Below are positions 28,456 through 38,326 of a stretch of 40,943 nucleotides of DNA, piece by piece. The DNA is from Verrucomicrobiota bacterium (GTDB lineage: Bacteria > Verrucomicrobiota > Verrucomicrobiia > Limisphaerales > JADLHS01). The position numbers and the translations under genes are program-made. A model generated the notes under the pieces. The model did no database searches, was not told where the DNA came from, and saw nothing but the letters and a program-made list of their open reading frames with translations. The stretch spans positions 1 to 40,943 of the forward strand of contig JANPGI010000565.1 of NCBI GenBank assembly GCA_031423875.1. Direction: 5' to 3'. The stretch's first letter is position 1. Every line of letters starts with the position of its first letter.

Positions 28456-30483
28456 TTGAAAAACCAACCGCGCCGGAAAATCTATGGCTTGGTGCTGATG
28501 GCATTGTTGTTGTGTCTCTCGCCATTCGCTCATGCGTTAGGGCAGGTGGCAGGCTTCACGAATTCTCCGGCGGCAGAGATGGTTGTTTTACCCAAATCCG
28601 TCCCCGATCCGCTCGAACCATTCAATCGGGTGATGTGGGGCTTCAACAAGGCGGTGATGACCGGCGTCATCAAGCCGACCAGCAGGGTTTATCGGTTTGT
28701 CGTTCCGAAACAGGTGCGGACCGGCATCGGCAATTTTGGCAAGAACCTCACTTACCCAGGACGCTTGATAAACAATGTGCTTCAGGGCAAGTGGAGCGGC
28801 GCGCGCGATGAATCCTACCGGTTCGTCTGCAACACCACGGTCGGAGTTGTTGGAATTTTTGACGTCGGAACAAAATGGAACATCCCGAAATCAGATGCGG
28901 ATTTTGGTCAGACGTTCGGCAAGTGGGGCTGGGATCCGGCGTGTTATTTGATGCTGCCGCTTTATGGGCCAAGCAACGAACGGGACGTGCTCGGTCTGGC
29001 CGCCGATACGGCGGCAAATCCGTTGCTCTACATCGCCCCCTACGACTTCGAGGCGGACAAGCCACTGACATGGCTCGGCCCCTACACTTATTTCAACTAC
29101 GCCGTCATGTATAACGATCTCACCGATACCGTCGGCGAATATGTGCGCTTCAGTCAGGCCGCGATGGACCCGTATTCCGAGATTCAATACGCGTGGACGT
29201 TCGCGCGAGCGAACCGTGTGGTGGATTTTCAGGTGAAAGGAGAACAAGACGAAGCCTCACTCGAAACCCTCGAATCTGTTTTCTTCACCTACAAAGACCC
29301 AGAGTTTCCCGGCCACGGCAAGACCCGTTCGGTTCTGATTCCCGCGACGGGGCAAAAATTACAATTCACATTCTGGTTGCAGCCAGGCAAAGCGAACGTG
29401 GTTTATATCCTGCCAGGACTTGGCTCGCACCGGCTCGCCCAACCCTCCATCGCTCTCGCCGAGTTGGTCTATAAAAACGGTTTCTCTGCGGTGTGCGTCA
29501 GCAGTGCTTTCAACTCCGAGTTCATGGAAAACGCTTCGACTGCGACGATGCCCGCTTATCTGCCGGTGGACGGTCGCGATGTGCATGTCGCGTTGACGGA
29601 GATTGATCACCACTTGCACCAGCAGTATCCGAATCGGTTGGGCAACAAAGCCGTGATGGGTTATTCCATGGGCGCGCTCCACACGCTATTTATTGCGGCC
29701 AATGAACCCACGAATCCGCCTCCGGCTAAAGCCATCTCGCGTTCGTGGTACCAGTGGCCGTTCCGCAGCCGCAATGCCGGCAGACCGTTGATCAAGTTTG
29801 ATCGCTACGTCGCCATCAATACTCCTGTCCGCATGGCGTATGGGATTTCTCAATTGGATGAGTTCTATCAATCGCCCTTGGGTTGGCCGGTCACCAACCG
29901 GACTGATAACATCGAAAATACTTTTTTGAAAGTAGCCGCCTTGAGCAAGAGCACACTCACGCCGCAAACCTCACTGCCGTTCAGCGCCATCGAGTCCAAG
30001 TTTCTCATCGGCCTGACATTCCGACTCAGCCTGCGAGATATTATTTTCAGCAGTCAACGGCGCAACAATCAGGGCGTCCTCCAACAGCCGATCAAAAATT
30101 TCCGGCGCGACCCTGTCTATCAGGAGATACTTCAATACTCTTACAACGATTACTACGAGAAGTTCGCGATCCCGTATTATTGGACACATGGCATGGACGC
30201 GACGGCGGAGACCCTGGAAAAGGCCGGCGACTTACGAACGTATGAAGCCGGTATGCGCGCCAACCCCAACATCCGGGTCATCGTCAATCAAAACGATTTT
30301 CTCCTGACGGACGAAGACCTCGGCTGGCTCTACACCACATTTCCAACGAATCAATTGACCGTCTTCGCCAAAGGCGGGCATCTGGGAAACCTTTTTAATC
30401 CGGGCGTTCAAAAATCTATTCTGGCCGCGCTTACTCCCATGAAGCCACCGGATCCCAAACCTGAAGTGCCGCTCAAGGATTGA
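28456..30483 (+). CDS. MlaA/VacJ domain fused to an alpha/beta-hydrolase (lipase-like)
   Basis: DPLEPFNR.M..FN, RF..NTT.G..G.FD, DFGQTFGKWG, YLMLPLYGPS..RD; then PGLGS, GYSMG nucleophile elbow, NDFL, GGHLG. Confidence 0.85.
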   Translation: MKNQPRRKIYGLVLMALLLCLSPFAHALGQVAGFTNSPAAEMVVLPKSVPDPLEPFNRVMWGFNKAVMTGVIKPTSRVYRFVVPKQVRTGIGNFGKNLTYPGRLINNVLQGKWSGARDESYRFVCNTTVGVVGIFDVGTKWNIPKSDADFGQTFGKWGWDPACYLMLPLYGPSNERDVLGLAADTAANPLLYIAPYDFEADKPLTWLGPYTYFNYAVMYNDLTDTVGEYVRFSQAAMDPYSEIQYAWTFARANRVVDFQVKGEQDEASLETLESVFFTYKDPEFPGHGKTRSVLIPATGQKLQFTFWLQPGKANVVYILPGLGSHRLAQPSIALAELVYKNGFSAVCVSSAFNSEFMENASTATMPAYLPVDGRDVHVALTEIDHHLHQQYPNRLGNKAVMGYSMGALHTLFIAANEPTNPPPAKAISRSWYQWPFRSRNAGRPLIKFDRYVAINTPVRMAYGISQLDEFYQSPLGWPVTNRTDNIENTFLKVAALSKSTLTPQTSLPFSAIESKFLIGLTFRLSLRDIIFSSQRRNNQGVLQQPIKNFRRDPVYQEILQYSYNDYYEKFAIPYYWTHGMDATAETLEKAGDLRTYEAGMRANPNIRVIVNQNDFLLTDEDLGWLYTTFPTNQLTVFAKGGHLGNLFNPGVQKSILAALTPMKPPDPKPEVPLKD

Positions 30484-31742
30484 CTCCTGTGAATTCGGAA
30501 TCCCCAGCCCTCGCCACGCGCAAGCAACTCTCGCCCGCCTGGATGCTGGTCATTCTCACCGGCCTCAACCTGTTCAATTACCTCGACCGCTATGTGCTCT
30601 CGGCGGTGCTGACGCCGCTGCAAAAAGACCTCGGCATCAATGACGGTCAAGCCGGACGACTCGTGACGGCATTCATGCTCGGTTACTTCGTCACGTCGCC
30701 AATTTTCGGCTGGCTCGGTGATCGGTGGTCGCGCAAATGGCTTATCGCTGGGGGGATTTTTGTGTGGAGCCTCGGGACACTCCTGACGGGCTTTGCGGGG
30801 ACGTTCGCGATGATGATCGCGTTTCGCGTACTCGTGGGCCTTGGCGAAGCCAGTTACGCGACCATCAGTCCGAGTCTGATTTCCGACACCCACCCTCCGG
30901 CAAAACGAAACAACGCGCTGACAATTTTCTACGTCGCCATTCCCGTCGGTGCAGCGCTGGGCACGATCATTGGCGGACTTATCGCCGCGAAATGGGGTTG
31001 GCGACACGCATTCATCTGGGCGGGCGTGCCGGGATTGTTCCTCGCGCTCGTGATGCTGCCATTCGCCGATCCCAAACGCGGCCAGGCCGAAGGCAAAACT
31101 GCTGAAGCTGCAAAACGACCTTCCGTCCGCGACATTCTGAATCTCTTTCGCATCCCGGATTATCTGCTCGTGGTGTTGGGTTACACGGCCTACACATTCG
31201 CGCTCGGCGCGTTCGGGCATTGGGGGCCGACGTTCCTGCATCGCACACACGGTGTAGCCGTGGACAAGGCGGCCACATTTTTCGGCGCGGTGCTTGTCGT
31301 CGCCGGACTTCTAGGCACATTGATCGGCGGGTTCGCAGCAACGGCTTGGCAAAAGCGCAATCGCGCGGGCTACGCGTGGACGCTGGGGCTTTCGGTGATG
31401 ATCGCTGTGCCGCTCGCGTTCGGCGCGTTCACCGCCACCTCAACATTCTGGTCCATGACGTTCCTAGCAGCGGCGATGTTCTTCCTGTTCCTCTCCACCG
31501 GCCCGGTCAACACGCTCATCTTGGAATCCGCGCCCGTGAACCTTCGCGCCAGCGCCATGGCCGTTTCCATTTTCACGATCCATCTCTTCGGCGACATGTG
31601 GTCGCCGGAAATTGTGGGACGGCTCGCGGATTCGTTCGGCGGAAATTTGCAGAAGGCCGTTCTGATTTTACCCGTCGCACTGATCGTGGCCAGCGCGCTG
31701 TGGCTCGCGCTCGCGTTCAAAACGAAACGTGGCAAAGGCTGA
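30480..31742 (+). CDS. MFS transporter, Spinster-like
   Basis: LNLFNYLDRY, G.LGDRWSRK, R.LVGLGEASYATISPSLISD, FY.AIPVG.ALG, IHLFGD..SP. Confidence 0.88.
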   Translation: MTPVNSESPALATRKQLSPAWMLVILTGLNLFNYLDRYVLSAVLTPLQKDLGINDGQAGRLVTAFMLGYFVTSPIFGWLGDRWSRKWLIAGGIFVWSLGTLLTGFAGTFAMMIAFRVLVGLGEASYATISPSLISDTHPPAKRNNALTIFYVAIPVGAALGTIIGGLIAAKWGWRHAFIWAGVPGLFLALVMLPFADPKRGQAEGKTAEAAKRPSVRDILNLFRIPDYLLVVLGYTAYTFALGAFGHWGPTFLHRTHGVAVDKAATFFGAVLVVAGLLGTLIGGFAATAWQKRNRAGYAWTLGLSVMIAVPLAFGAFTATSTFWSMTFLAAAMFFLFLSTGPVNTLILESAPVNLRASAMAVSIFTIHLFGDMWSPEIVGRLADSFGGNLQKAVLILPVALIVASALWLALAFKTKRGKG

Positions 31743-31807
31743 CACGAATTTCACGAATTGACGCGAATGCGGTGAATGATTTGCGCTGAAGGCGCTACGG
31801 AAATTAA

Positions 31808-31910
31808 CCTAGGGTTGCTCGCACAACGCAAGAGCTACCCTAGGTAATCGTCCCACAAAATAATTCTCCCTCTCCTCGCCAAACGAGGAGAGGGCCGGGG
31901 TCAGGAGTCG
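31808..31910. repeat. Composite REP-like element (left), two hairpins
   Basis: CCTAGGGTTGCTC..GAGCTACCCTAGG and CCCTCTCCTCG-CCAAA-CGAGGAGAGGG; reverse complement resembles 35625-35744. Confidence 0.8.
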
Positions 31911-31911
31911 A

Positions 31912-34900
31912 TTATTTTTTCCAGCCGCGCAGATAAAGCAGCTCTTCAAACTCTTTGAACTCAGGAGTTCCCGAGATTGTCTGCTTAAATTTGCTGTGAA
32001 GTTGCGAGTGATGTTCGTGAAGGAACGGATGATCCTCGCCTCTCGTAACCGCATTAACGTAGCGGCAGCTTTCTCTGGGAAAAGTGTCGAGCAGTGGACT
32101 CTTGAGCAATTTGTCGATGATGCTGTAAGCGAAAACTCCCTTGAGGCGCATTTGCACGATGCGTTGAACTGCTTCAGGAAAGACAGAACCCAAATAAAGA
32201 CACCAATCAGCCATCGCCTTTGTTTCTTGATCCAACAACGCGACTGGCACTCCGACCAGGCGTGAATCGAGGTATTCTTTTAGCCAAAGATTCCAGACTT
32301 CACCTGCCTTCTCAGTCGACGCTTCAAGAAACTTTCCCATTCCTTGCGCCAGCGAGCCGCGAACTTTTTCGGGCAGGCGAGGAAGAAAATCGCGGAAGAA
32401 ACCAGACGCTATAGGATTTTTTATTACACGCATTGCCAAGCCGGCCAGGTAGTGCCCGAGATTGTGCAAAGTGTGCTCATCAAATTGATCGGTTTTCTCT
32501 GGTGCATCCTTCAGCATGGCTGTGACCCGCTCAGAAACTTGCCGGTAATACGGCAACAATTGTTCCTCCAACTCAATGAATGTCGCCTGTCGGTAGTTCA
32601 GGAGCACCGACCATGTCTGCTGAGCCATCACGGCGTCTCGTTGCCAGTCGAGCAGCGGAAGAAAATGCTCGGTCGCGAATTTTTTGTCCCAGACAAAGAT
32701 GTAACCCATCCAAGGAGTCATCGCGATTCGAGCATAAACTTTGATTCGGCTCGTGCCTTGAATCGCTTCCTTCATTTTGGATTTCAGGCTCTGCGGTATT
32801 CCTTCCCATTCTTTCCCTGCCCGCTGTCGAAGATGGCTGCAATAATGCACCCAAAACTCTCCAATCCACCCGCCTTCGTGATTTATCGCGCTGGTTAACC
32901 ACTCTCGGTAACTGTCATCAGGTGTTTCTTCGACCTTGCTACATATTGCCCACGCTCGATCCATTAGGACGGCGGCTCTGCTGATAATTGCTTCCTCCGA
33001 TTTGATCTCGGCTTCCGCTCTCCAAATGTCGGAGATCAAGCTCGCCAAACCGGCAAATATTTCTGGAAGTTCTGGAAGCCCATCCACCACGCCTAGAATC
33101 CAAACCCAATCTTCCTTTGCTTTAGCCATTTGCTTCCATGCGGAAAAGACACCGTTCCAAATTTCTTTTGTCGCACCGTCCCTCTTTGAAAGCTCTTCGG
33201 TAAACTCTTTGCCCCACATTTTGTTTTTTCCGAAGAGCGCCTGCAAAAGACTCAAATGATCCCAACGATCTCGCCTCATTGAACTTTCAACGGCCCTCAA
33301 AAGACTGTCGACGAATCGAGAAGGCGGCTCAGAGAGTATTTCGTCGACGTTGAAACCCTCCGTGGGATCAATAAATCCTGCATCGCCACTCCAGTGATCA
33401 AAGGCGGGATGCTCGCGTTCTGCAAAGTTAGGATACGCTTTCCTAATCTTTTCAAGCGCATCGGCAACCAGAGAGCATTTCGTGTCTGCTTTGCGGAGCC
33501 ACATCAAGACGTTGAATTGTTCGTATGCGCCCGTCTCTGACCCGAGTCTCTTTTTGAGCGTCCCTTTGAACCCCTGTTCGATACGTCTCATCAATCTCTT
33601 GCGACTGGCTTCAGATGAACTTGGATACGCCACATTGAGGACATCGAACACTTCCTTCTTCATTCCCAAACGAAAGATGAGGTCATTGGTCAAGAGCCAT
33701 TCCAGACGTTCGTCACCGCTTGGCTTCGGATCAACTGAAATCCCGAAGACAGCCAGACGTTGCAGCAAGGGGAGTTTCGACGACCACCACGCCTCAACCT
33801 GTGTCCGCGCTCTCGCTGGATTGACCTGAAACCAGTGGAGCAACACGTCTCGCAGAAGGTCGATGAGCACCGACAAACATTCGTGCAGCGCATGGTGATT
33901 CTGTTCGTGTTCTGCTATCGAACTGCGCTGCCAACTGAGAATGTCCGTGTATTCATCTGCCTTGCCGACGCCGCGAAGCAATATGTGGGCAAGAGTAATC
34001 TGCTTAGTCGCGAGAAGTGCCAATGGTTCTGCTAGCAGATCCAGATTGGGCTTTAGCACTGTTTTCCACGCTTCATCAAGCCAGTGCCTCGATCCATCAG
34101 GCCAAACAATTTCGTAATCCACTTTCTTTTTCGACGTTTGTTTTGGTTTCTTCTCGCCGCCATCAGCGATCATCCCGGAAAAATCAAAATGTTTTCGCAG
34201 GTGGACTTGCGGTGTGGTCAACAATTCAAACAACCGCAAAGCGATGCCGGCGTCTTTGGGGATTCGGCATTTCTGGAGTAGATACGCCCACATGTCTTGC
34301 GATAGCGCTTGCTCACCTTGCGAAAGCAACAGTGAAACCCAGGTCGAAAAATGTGGGTCAGGAGATTTTTTATCTTCAGCCCAAACGACATGACCGAAAA
34401 TCTGTGTGAATGATCCGGAAAGGCGTTGATGCTGTGCTTGGATCATCTCCAAAAGCAACTCGGGATGCTTCCTGCGGACGAAAGTGGACAGCCAATGAGC
34501 GATAACACGTTGGTAATGCTGTAAATCCACTTTTGAATCGGCGAAGAAAACCTTGAAGTAGCCTTTGGCGTTCATCCAGCCAATCCATGCTGGATGCCGG
34601 ATCGCGTTACAGAAATCTTGAGCCAATTGAGGATGCCGCAAGCAGTAATCCAGATATTCAGAAACCGTCTCACTTTCGGGCGGTAAGCTCGCGGCAATGC
34701 TCTTCATCCTTCTTGAACGATGAAGAAGCGATTCTTTGTTGTTCTTCGCCCATCCGACAAAGTGATCGGTTAGTGCTTGATGCTTATTTTCGGCGTTCGA
34801 GGGATCGATCGGATATTGCTGCACGCTGATTTCCAAATGCGCCCATTGATCCACCTCCTCCTGGCCTAAATTTGAAGGCCTTAACGTCCAACGAGGTTTG

Positions 34901-35538
34901 ACCTGCGCCTGATTTAATCCACGCGCGAGATACGTTGTTGTAACGTCGTTATGGCTGTAGCCAACGAACAGCACCGTGTATTCCGAAAAAAGTGAGATCA
35001 GAAAATCACGCGCCCAGCCTCGCGTGAGATAGGCTGCTCCAAAATTCTTGTCCGTCAGCACCATCGTTTGCGGATTTTCTCTTGCCGAACCGTGGAGATA
35101 AACAATCCCATGAAAGTCATCGCCCAGTGGCAAAGCCGGAGCACAGAATTCTTTGACCGCTCGTTTTCGGAAAACACTCCGCGCCGCAGCAGAGAAATGG
35201 TCGTCAAAATTAGTTGTGACGATCCGCACCTTGTCTGGCGAGCCAAAAATTTTCAGAGCTTGCTTGTGCAACTCTGTGGGATGTGTTTTGGGATGGTAGA
35301 GGATTTTTGCCGCCACTGCGTGAACGTCAGTTCCATTGCGCGCCAGTTTTCCAAGCACTTGATCTTCCTTACCGGATGGAACTGAAGGCTGGCTGCAAAT
35401 TTGGCAAGCAAGCCCATTGAACAAAGGAAGATTCGATGGAGGCGGGAGTGAAACGCCTGCGCCTGCAAAAATAACCAATCGGCCTTCTTCCAAGGCTATT
35501 CTGATTTGATCTGGTAATCGGACACCTGCAAAAATCAT
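31912..35538 (-). CDS. SIR2-domain large protein (SIR2_2 + helical/DUF4020-like), probable anti-phage NADase, Dsr1-like
   Basis: IFAGAGVS, IVTTNFD, YLHGS, LFVGYSHND; 1208 aa; visibly more AT-rich than flanks. Confidence 0.8.
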   Translation of the reverse strand: MIFAGVRLPDQIRIALEEGRLVIFAGAGVSLPPPSNLPLFNGLACQICSQPSVPSGKEDQVLGKLARNGTDVHAVAAKILYHPKTHPTELHKQALKIFGSPDKVRIVTTNFDDHFSAAARSVFRKRAVKEFCAPALPLGDDFHGIVYLHGSARENPQTMVLTDKNFGAAYLTRGWARDFLISLFSEYTVLFVGYSHNDVTTTYLARGLNQAQVKPRWTLRPSNLGQEEVDQWAHLEISVQQYPIDPSNAENKHQALTDHFVGWAKNNKESLLHRSRRMKSIAASLPPESETVSEYLDYCLRHPQLAQDFCNAIRHPAWIGWMNAKGYFKVFFADSKVDLQHYQRVIAHWLSTFVRRKHPELLLEMIQAQHQRLSGSFTQIFGHVVWAEDKKSPDPHFSTWVSLLLSQGEQALSQDMWAYLLQKCRIPKDAGIALRLFELLTTPQVHLRKHFDFSGMIADGGEKKPKQTSKKKVDYEIVWPDGSRHWLDEAWKTVLKPNLDLLAEPLALLATKQITLAHILLRGVGKADEYTDILSWQRSSIAEHEQNHHALHECLSVLIDLLRDVLLHWFQVNPARARTQVEAWWSSKLPLLQRLAVFGISVDPKPSGDERLEWLLTNDLIFRLGMKKEVFDVLNVAYPSSSEASRKRLMRRIEQGFKGTLKKRLGSETGAYEQFNVLMWLRKADTKCSLVADALEKIRKAYPNFAEREHPAFDHWSGDAGFIDPTEGFNVDEILSEPPSRFVDSLLRAVESSMRRDRWDHLSLLQALFGKNKMWGKEFTEELSKRDGATKEIWNGVFSAWKQMAKAKEDWVWILGVVDGLPELPEIFAGLASLISDIWRAEAEIKSEEAIISRAAVLMDRAWAICSKVEETPDDSYREWLTSAINHEGGWIGEFWVHYCSHLRQRAGKEWEGIPQSLKSKMKEAIQGTSRIKVYARIAMTPWMGYIFVWDKKFATEHFLPLLDWQRDAVMAQQTWSVLLNYRQATFIELEEQLLPYYRQVSERVTAMLKDAPEKTDQFDEHTLHNLGHYLAGLAMRVIKNPIASGFFRDFLPRLPEKVRGSLAQGMGKFLEASTEKAGEVWNLWLKEYLDSRLVGVPVALLDQETKAMADWCLYLGSVFPEAVQRIVQMRLKGVFAYSIIDKLLKSPLLDTFPRESCRYVNAVTRGEDHPFLHEHHSQLHSKFKQTISGTPEFKEFEELLYLRGWKK

Positions 35539-35624
35539 GGTCAGGTTTGGTTTTCGTTCGGACTTCGCCCGTTACATCGTATTTCAAATGGAGTTGTGAG
35601 TAATCAAAAATCAGGCTGCGTTTT

Positions 35625-35744
35625 GACTCCTCACCCCGGCCCTCTCCTCGTTCGGCCCGCCTACGTCTAACTTCGGTGCGACGAGCGAGAAGAGTGAGAA
35701 TAATTTTGGGACGTTGACCCAAGGTAGCTCAGCGCAACCTTGGG
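35625..35744. repeat. Composite REP-like element (right, inverted relative to left) with a 30-nt nested insert
   Basis: GACTCCTCACCCCGGCCCTCTCCTCGTT..[35657-35686]..GAGAATAATTTTGGGACG..CCCAAGGTAGC..GCAACCTTGGG. Confidence 0.8.
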
Positions 35745-35782
35745 CTGATTGATTTCATCCCGTTGGGATAGTCGAACCTGTT

Positions 35783-37951
35783 TTATTTGTCCGGCGATGT
35801 GGGCGGAGCAGGTGACTTTTCTGCCGATTCCATCAGCGTCTGAAGCTCGCGGTGATTCACCTTGCCCGTGCCGAGCTTAGGAATCTCTTTCACCGTTTTG
35901 ATTTCGCGTGGAGTGCTGAGGTTCGTCAATCCCTTGGCTTTGATGGCGGCGCGAATTTCCTCCAAGGTCAGATTCGGTTCGTTGGTCACGGCGATGAGTG
36001 CTTCGCCTTTATTTTCATCGGGGCGTGTGATGACGGCGATCTGACAGCGCAGACCATATTGCGGAAACGCTCCCGCCAGTGCGTCCTCAACTGCCGTAAG
36101 ACTAACCATCTCGCCGCTCACTTTGGCGAAGCGTTTCAAGCGTCCCCGGATGTGCAGATAACTGTCGGCATCTACGCTGACGATGTCGCCAGTGTCATAC
36201 CAGCCGTCGAGGGCCAGAAATTTCGCGTTGGCGTCCGCGTTCAAGTAACCTTTCATCACGTTCGGCCCGCGCACGAAAAGACGTCCGCCTTCGTCCACGC
36301 CTTCTACCTTCTCCAATTTATATTCCATGCCCGGCAGCAACCGCCCCACGGAGCCGTTGCGCGGTTCGAGCGGCGTGTTGACGCTCACGCACGGCGCACA
36401 TTCCGTCGCGCCATAACCTTCGAGGATGCGGATGCCGTATTTCTGCGACCAGGTGAGCGCGGTGGTTTCCTGCAATTTCTCCGCAGCGGCAAACAGATAC
36501 CGGAGACTGCGGAAATCGTAGGGATGCGCTTTGCGCGCGTAGCCACTGAGAAAGGTGTTCGTGCTGAGAAAGATCGTGCAGTCGCGGTCGTAAAGCACCG
36601 ACGGCACGACGCGGTAATGCAACGGCGAAGGATAAAGAAAGACATACAGCCCGCGCACCAGCGGCAGGAACGTCCCGACCGTGAGTCCGAAACTGTGGAA
36701 AAGCGGCAGGCAGTTGAAGGCGCGGTCACGGTCGGTCAAATCGGTGACGGCCAGCATCTGACGGATGTTGGCGAGAATGTTTCCGTGCGTGAGTTCGACG
36801 CCCTTGGGCACGCCTTCGTAGCCACTCGTGAAAACGATCACGGCGGCGGAGTCGGCAGATAGAAGATGGGAGATCGGAGATGGGAAAAGAAAAGCGTGCC
36901 GGAGCGATGTGGATATTTTTTGAAAGCCAGAGATGCCTGCACGCACGTCTTCGAGATAGATCAGGTTGATGCCTGCTTTCACGAACTCGTCCACGTTGAG
37001 CCGGGCGCGTTCGAGAAAGGCGCGCGATGTGACTATGTGTTTCATTCCGGCCAGCTCCACACACGCCAGCATGGTGGGAATGCCCGAGGAGAAGTTCAGC
37101 ATGGCAGGGACTTTGCCCAGCCGCCACAAGGCGAGAATGACAACCGGCGTGGCGTTGACGTTGGGCAATAACAAGCCAACTCGCTCACTCTCTGCAACTT
37201 TACCGCTCAAGCCATCAGCCAGAACATCCGCTCCCACCATCAGTTTTCGGCAGGTCAACTTTTGCAGCGTCGCGTCTTCCAGAATGACTTGGCAGGGGTG
37301 TTTGCGGGCCGTCTCCGCCACCGCTGAGAAGACATCCTGTGCGCCAAACTTCATCTCGACCTCAAACCGTTGCTGCACGATCTGATCGCGCAGCCAGTTG
37401 GTCAACAGCGCGCGCGCGCGGGTGGTTCTGACGTCACCCAATTCAGGCGAAGTCAGCGCGGCACTGAAATGCGCGGTCACTTTTGGAAAACAGTTCTTCG
37501 CGTTTGGATTGGGGGAATACGGCAGGCGTTCCGCGCCACGCAGGTAAGCCGTGATGACCTTGGCTTTCGTTTTGAAAATCAAAAAACCGGTGCCATCGAA
37601 CAGCTTCATCAAGTTGCCCGTGCGCGACAGCCGGCCTTCGGCGAACAACACGAGGCGTCCGCCGCCTTTGAGAAACTCCGCCATGCGCTTCACCGCGTAG
37701 GGCGAGGCGGGATCAACCGGCAGCGAGTAGCGGTTGATCATTATTTTCCGATGCAGCCAACTCGTCTGCGCCGAGGTGCTCGAAGAGACCATCTTCCAAT
37801 CGTCATCGAGGCAGACCCAGAGAAACAGCCAGTCAAACCAAGAGGTGTGATTCGGGATCAACAAGACTGGCCCGGGAGTTTTCAACGCTTCCATATCGTA
37901 TGCACGGAAGCGGAACAAACCCCGGAGCAACAAGCGCAGGACAATTTTCAT
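35783..37951 (-). CDS. aas: Bifunctional lysophospholipid acyltransferase / acyl-ACP synthetase
   Basis: PNHTSWFD, FAEGR acyltransferase motifs; FTSG.EG.PKG, EGYGATE, WYDTGD, GRLKRFAK.SGEM, GTGK; start at MKIVLR. Confidence 0.9.
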   Translation of the reverse strand: MKIVLRLLLRGLFRFRAYDMEALKTPGPVLLIPNHTSWFDWLFLWVCLDDDWKMVSSSTSAQTSWLHRKIMINRYSLPVDPASPYAVKRMAEFLKGGGRLVLFAEGRLSRTGNLMKLFDGTGFLIFKTKAKVITAYLRGAERLPYSPNPNAKNCFPKVTAHFSAALTSPELGDVRTTRARALLTNWLRDQIVQQRFEVEMKFGAQDVFSAVAETARKHPCQVILEDATLQKLTCRKLMVGADVLADGLSGKVAESERVGLLLPNVNATPVVILALWRLGKVPAMLNFSSGIPTMLACVELAGMKHIVTSRAFLERARLNVDEFVKAGINLIYLEDVRAGISGFQKISTSLRHAFLFPSPISHLLSADSAAVIVFTSGYEGVPKGVELTHGNILANIRQMLAVTDLTDRDRAFNCLPLFHSFGLTVGTFLPLVRGLYVFLYPSPLHYRVVPSVLYDRDCTIFLSTNTFLSGYARKAHPYDFRSLRYLFAAAEKLQETTALTWSQKYGIRILEGYGATECAPCVSVNTPLEPRNGSVGRLLPGMEYKLEKVEGVDEGGRLFVRGPNVMKGYLNADANAKFLALDGWYDTGDIVSVDADSYLHIRGRLKRFAKVSGEMVSLTAVEDALAGAFPQYGLRCQIAVITRPDENKGEALIAVTNEPNLTLEEIRAAIKAKGLTNLSTPREIKTVKEIPKLGTGKVNHRELQTLMESAEKSPAPPTSPDK

Positions 37952-38005
37952 GGCTTGAGGAAGTGCATCATTGGAGAGTGCAGACTTCAAACAAAATGTG
38001 TTCCC

Positions 38006-38051
38006 GGTAGGGTAACACCCCATAGAGAAGCTCCCAACCATCCCGTAACGT
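38006..38051 (+). promoter_or_regulatory. Regulon box (38014-38025) plus -10-like TAACGT 38046-38051
   Basis: Exact 12-mer in the divergent intergenic region. Confidence 0.75.
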
Positions 38052-38078
38052 CACTCCAGAAACACACCACAACTGAAT

Positions 38079-38252
38079 ATGAAAAAAATCCTACTTTTAA
38101 CCGGCGTTGTTGCCCTCCTGACCACTACCGGATGTCTTATTACGGAAGGCGGAGGGCACGGAGGACACCGAGGGCACGGGAGACACGGAGGTCACTCGAC
38201 GATCATAGTGCCCGCTCCGGTCGTCGTTGTGCCGGTGATTCGTGGTCATTGA
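38079..38252 (+). CDS. Small His/Gly-rich lipoprotein (57 aa; absent from ORF track)
   Basis: MKKILLLTGVVALLTTTG-C LITEGGGHGGHRGHGRHGGHSTIIVPAPVVVVPVIRGH; lipobox-like TTGC. Confidence 0.75.
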   Translation: MKKILLLTGVVALLTTTGCLITEGGGHGGHRGHGRHGGHSTIIVPAPVVVVPVIRGH

Positions 38253-38326
38253 TGGGCGATCCGCTTGAAAAAACTTAACACAAAACTTAACATGAATAAC
38301 ACACTCACCCAACTTGGAGGCAATCC

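Noticed and set aside
880-38278. Long antisense or alternate-frame ORFs (e.g. 880-1878, 1959-2864, 19987-21123, 35852-36862, 37370-38278)
   Set aside because: Shadows of well-supported genes in GC-rich DNA
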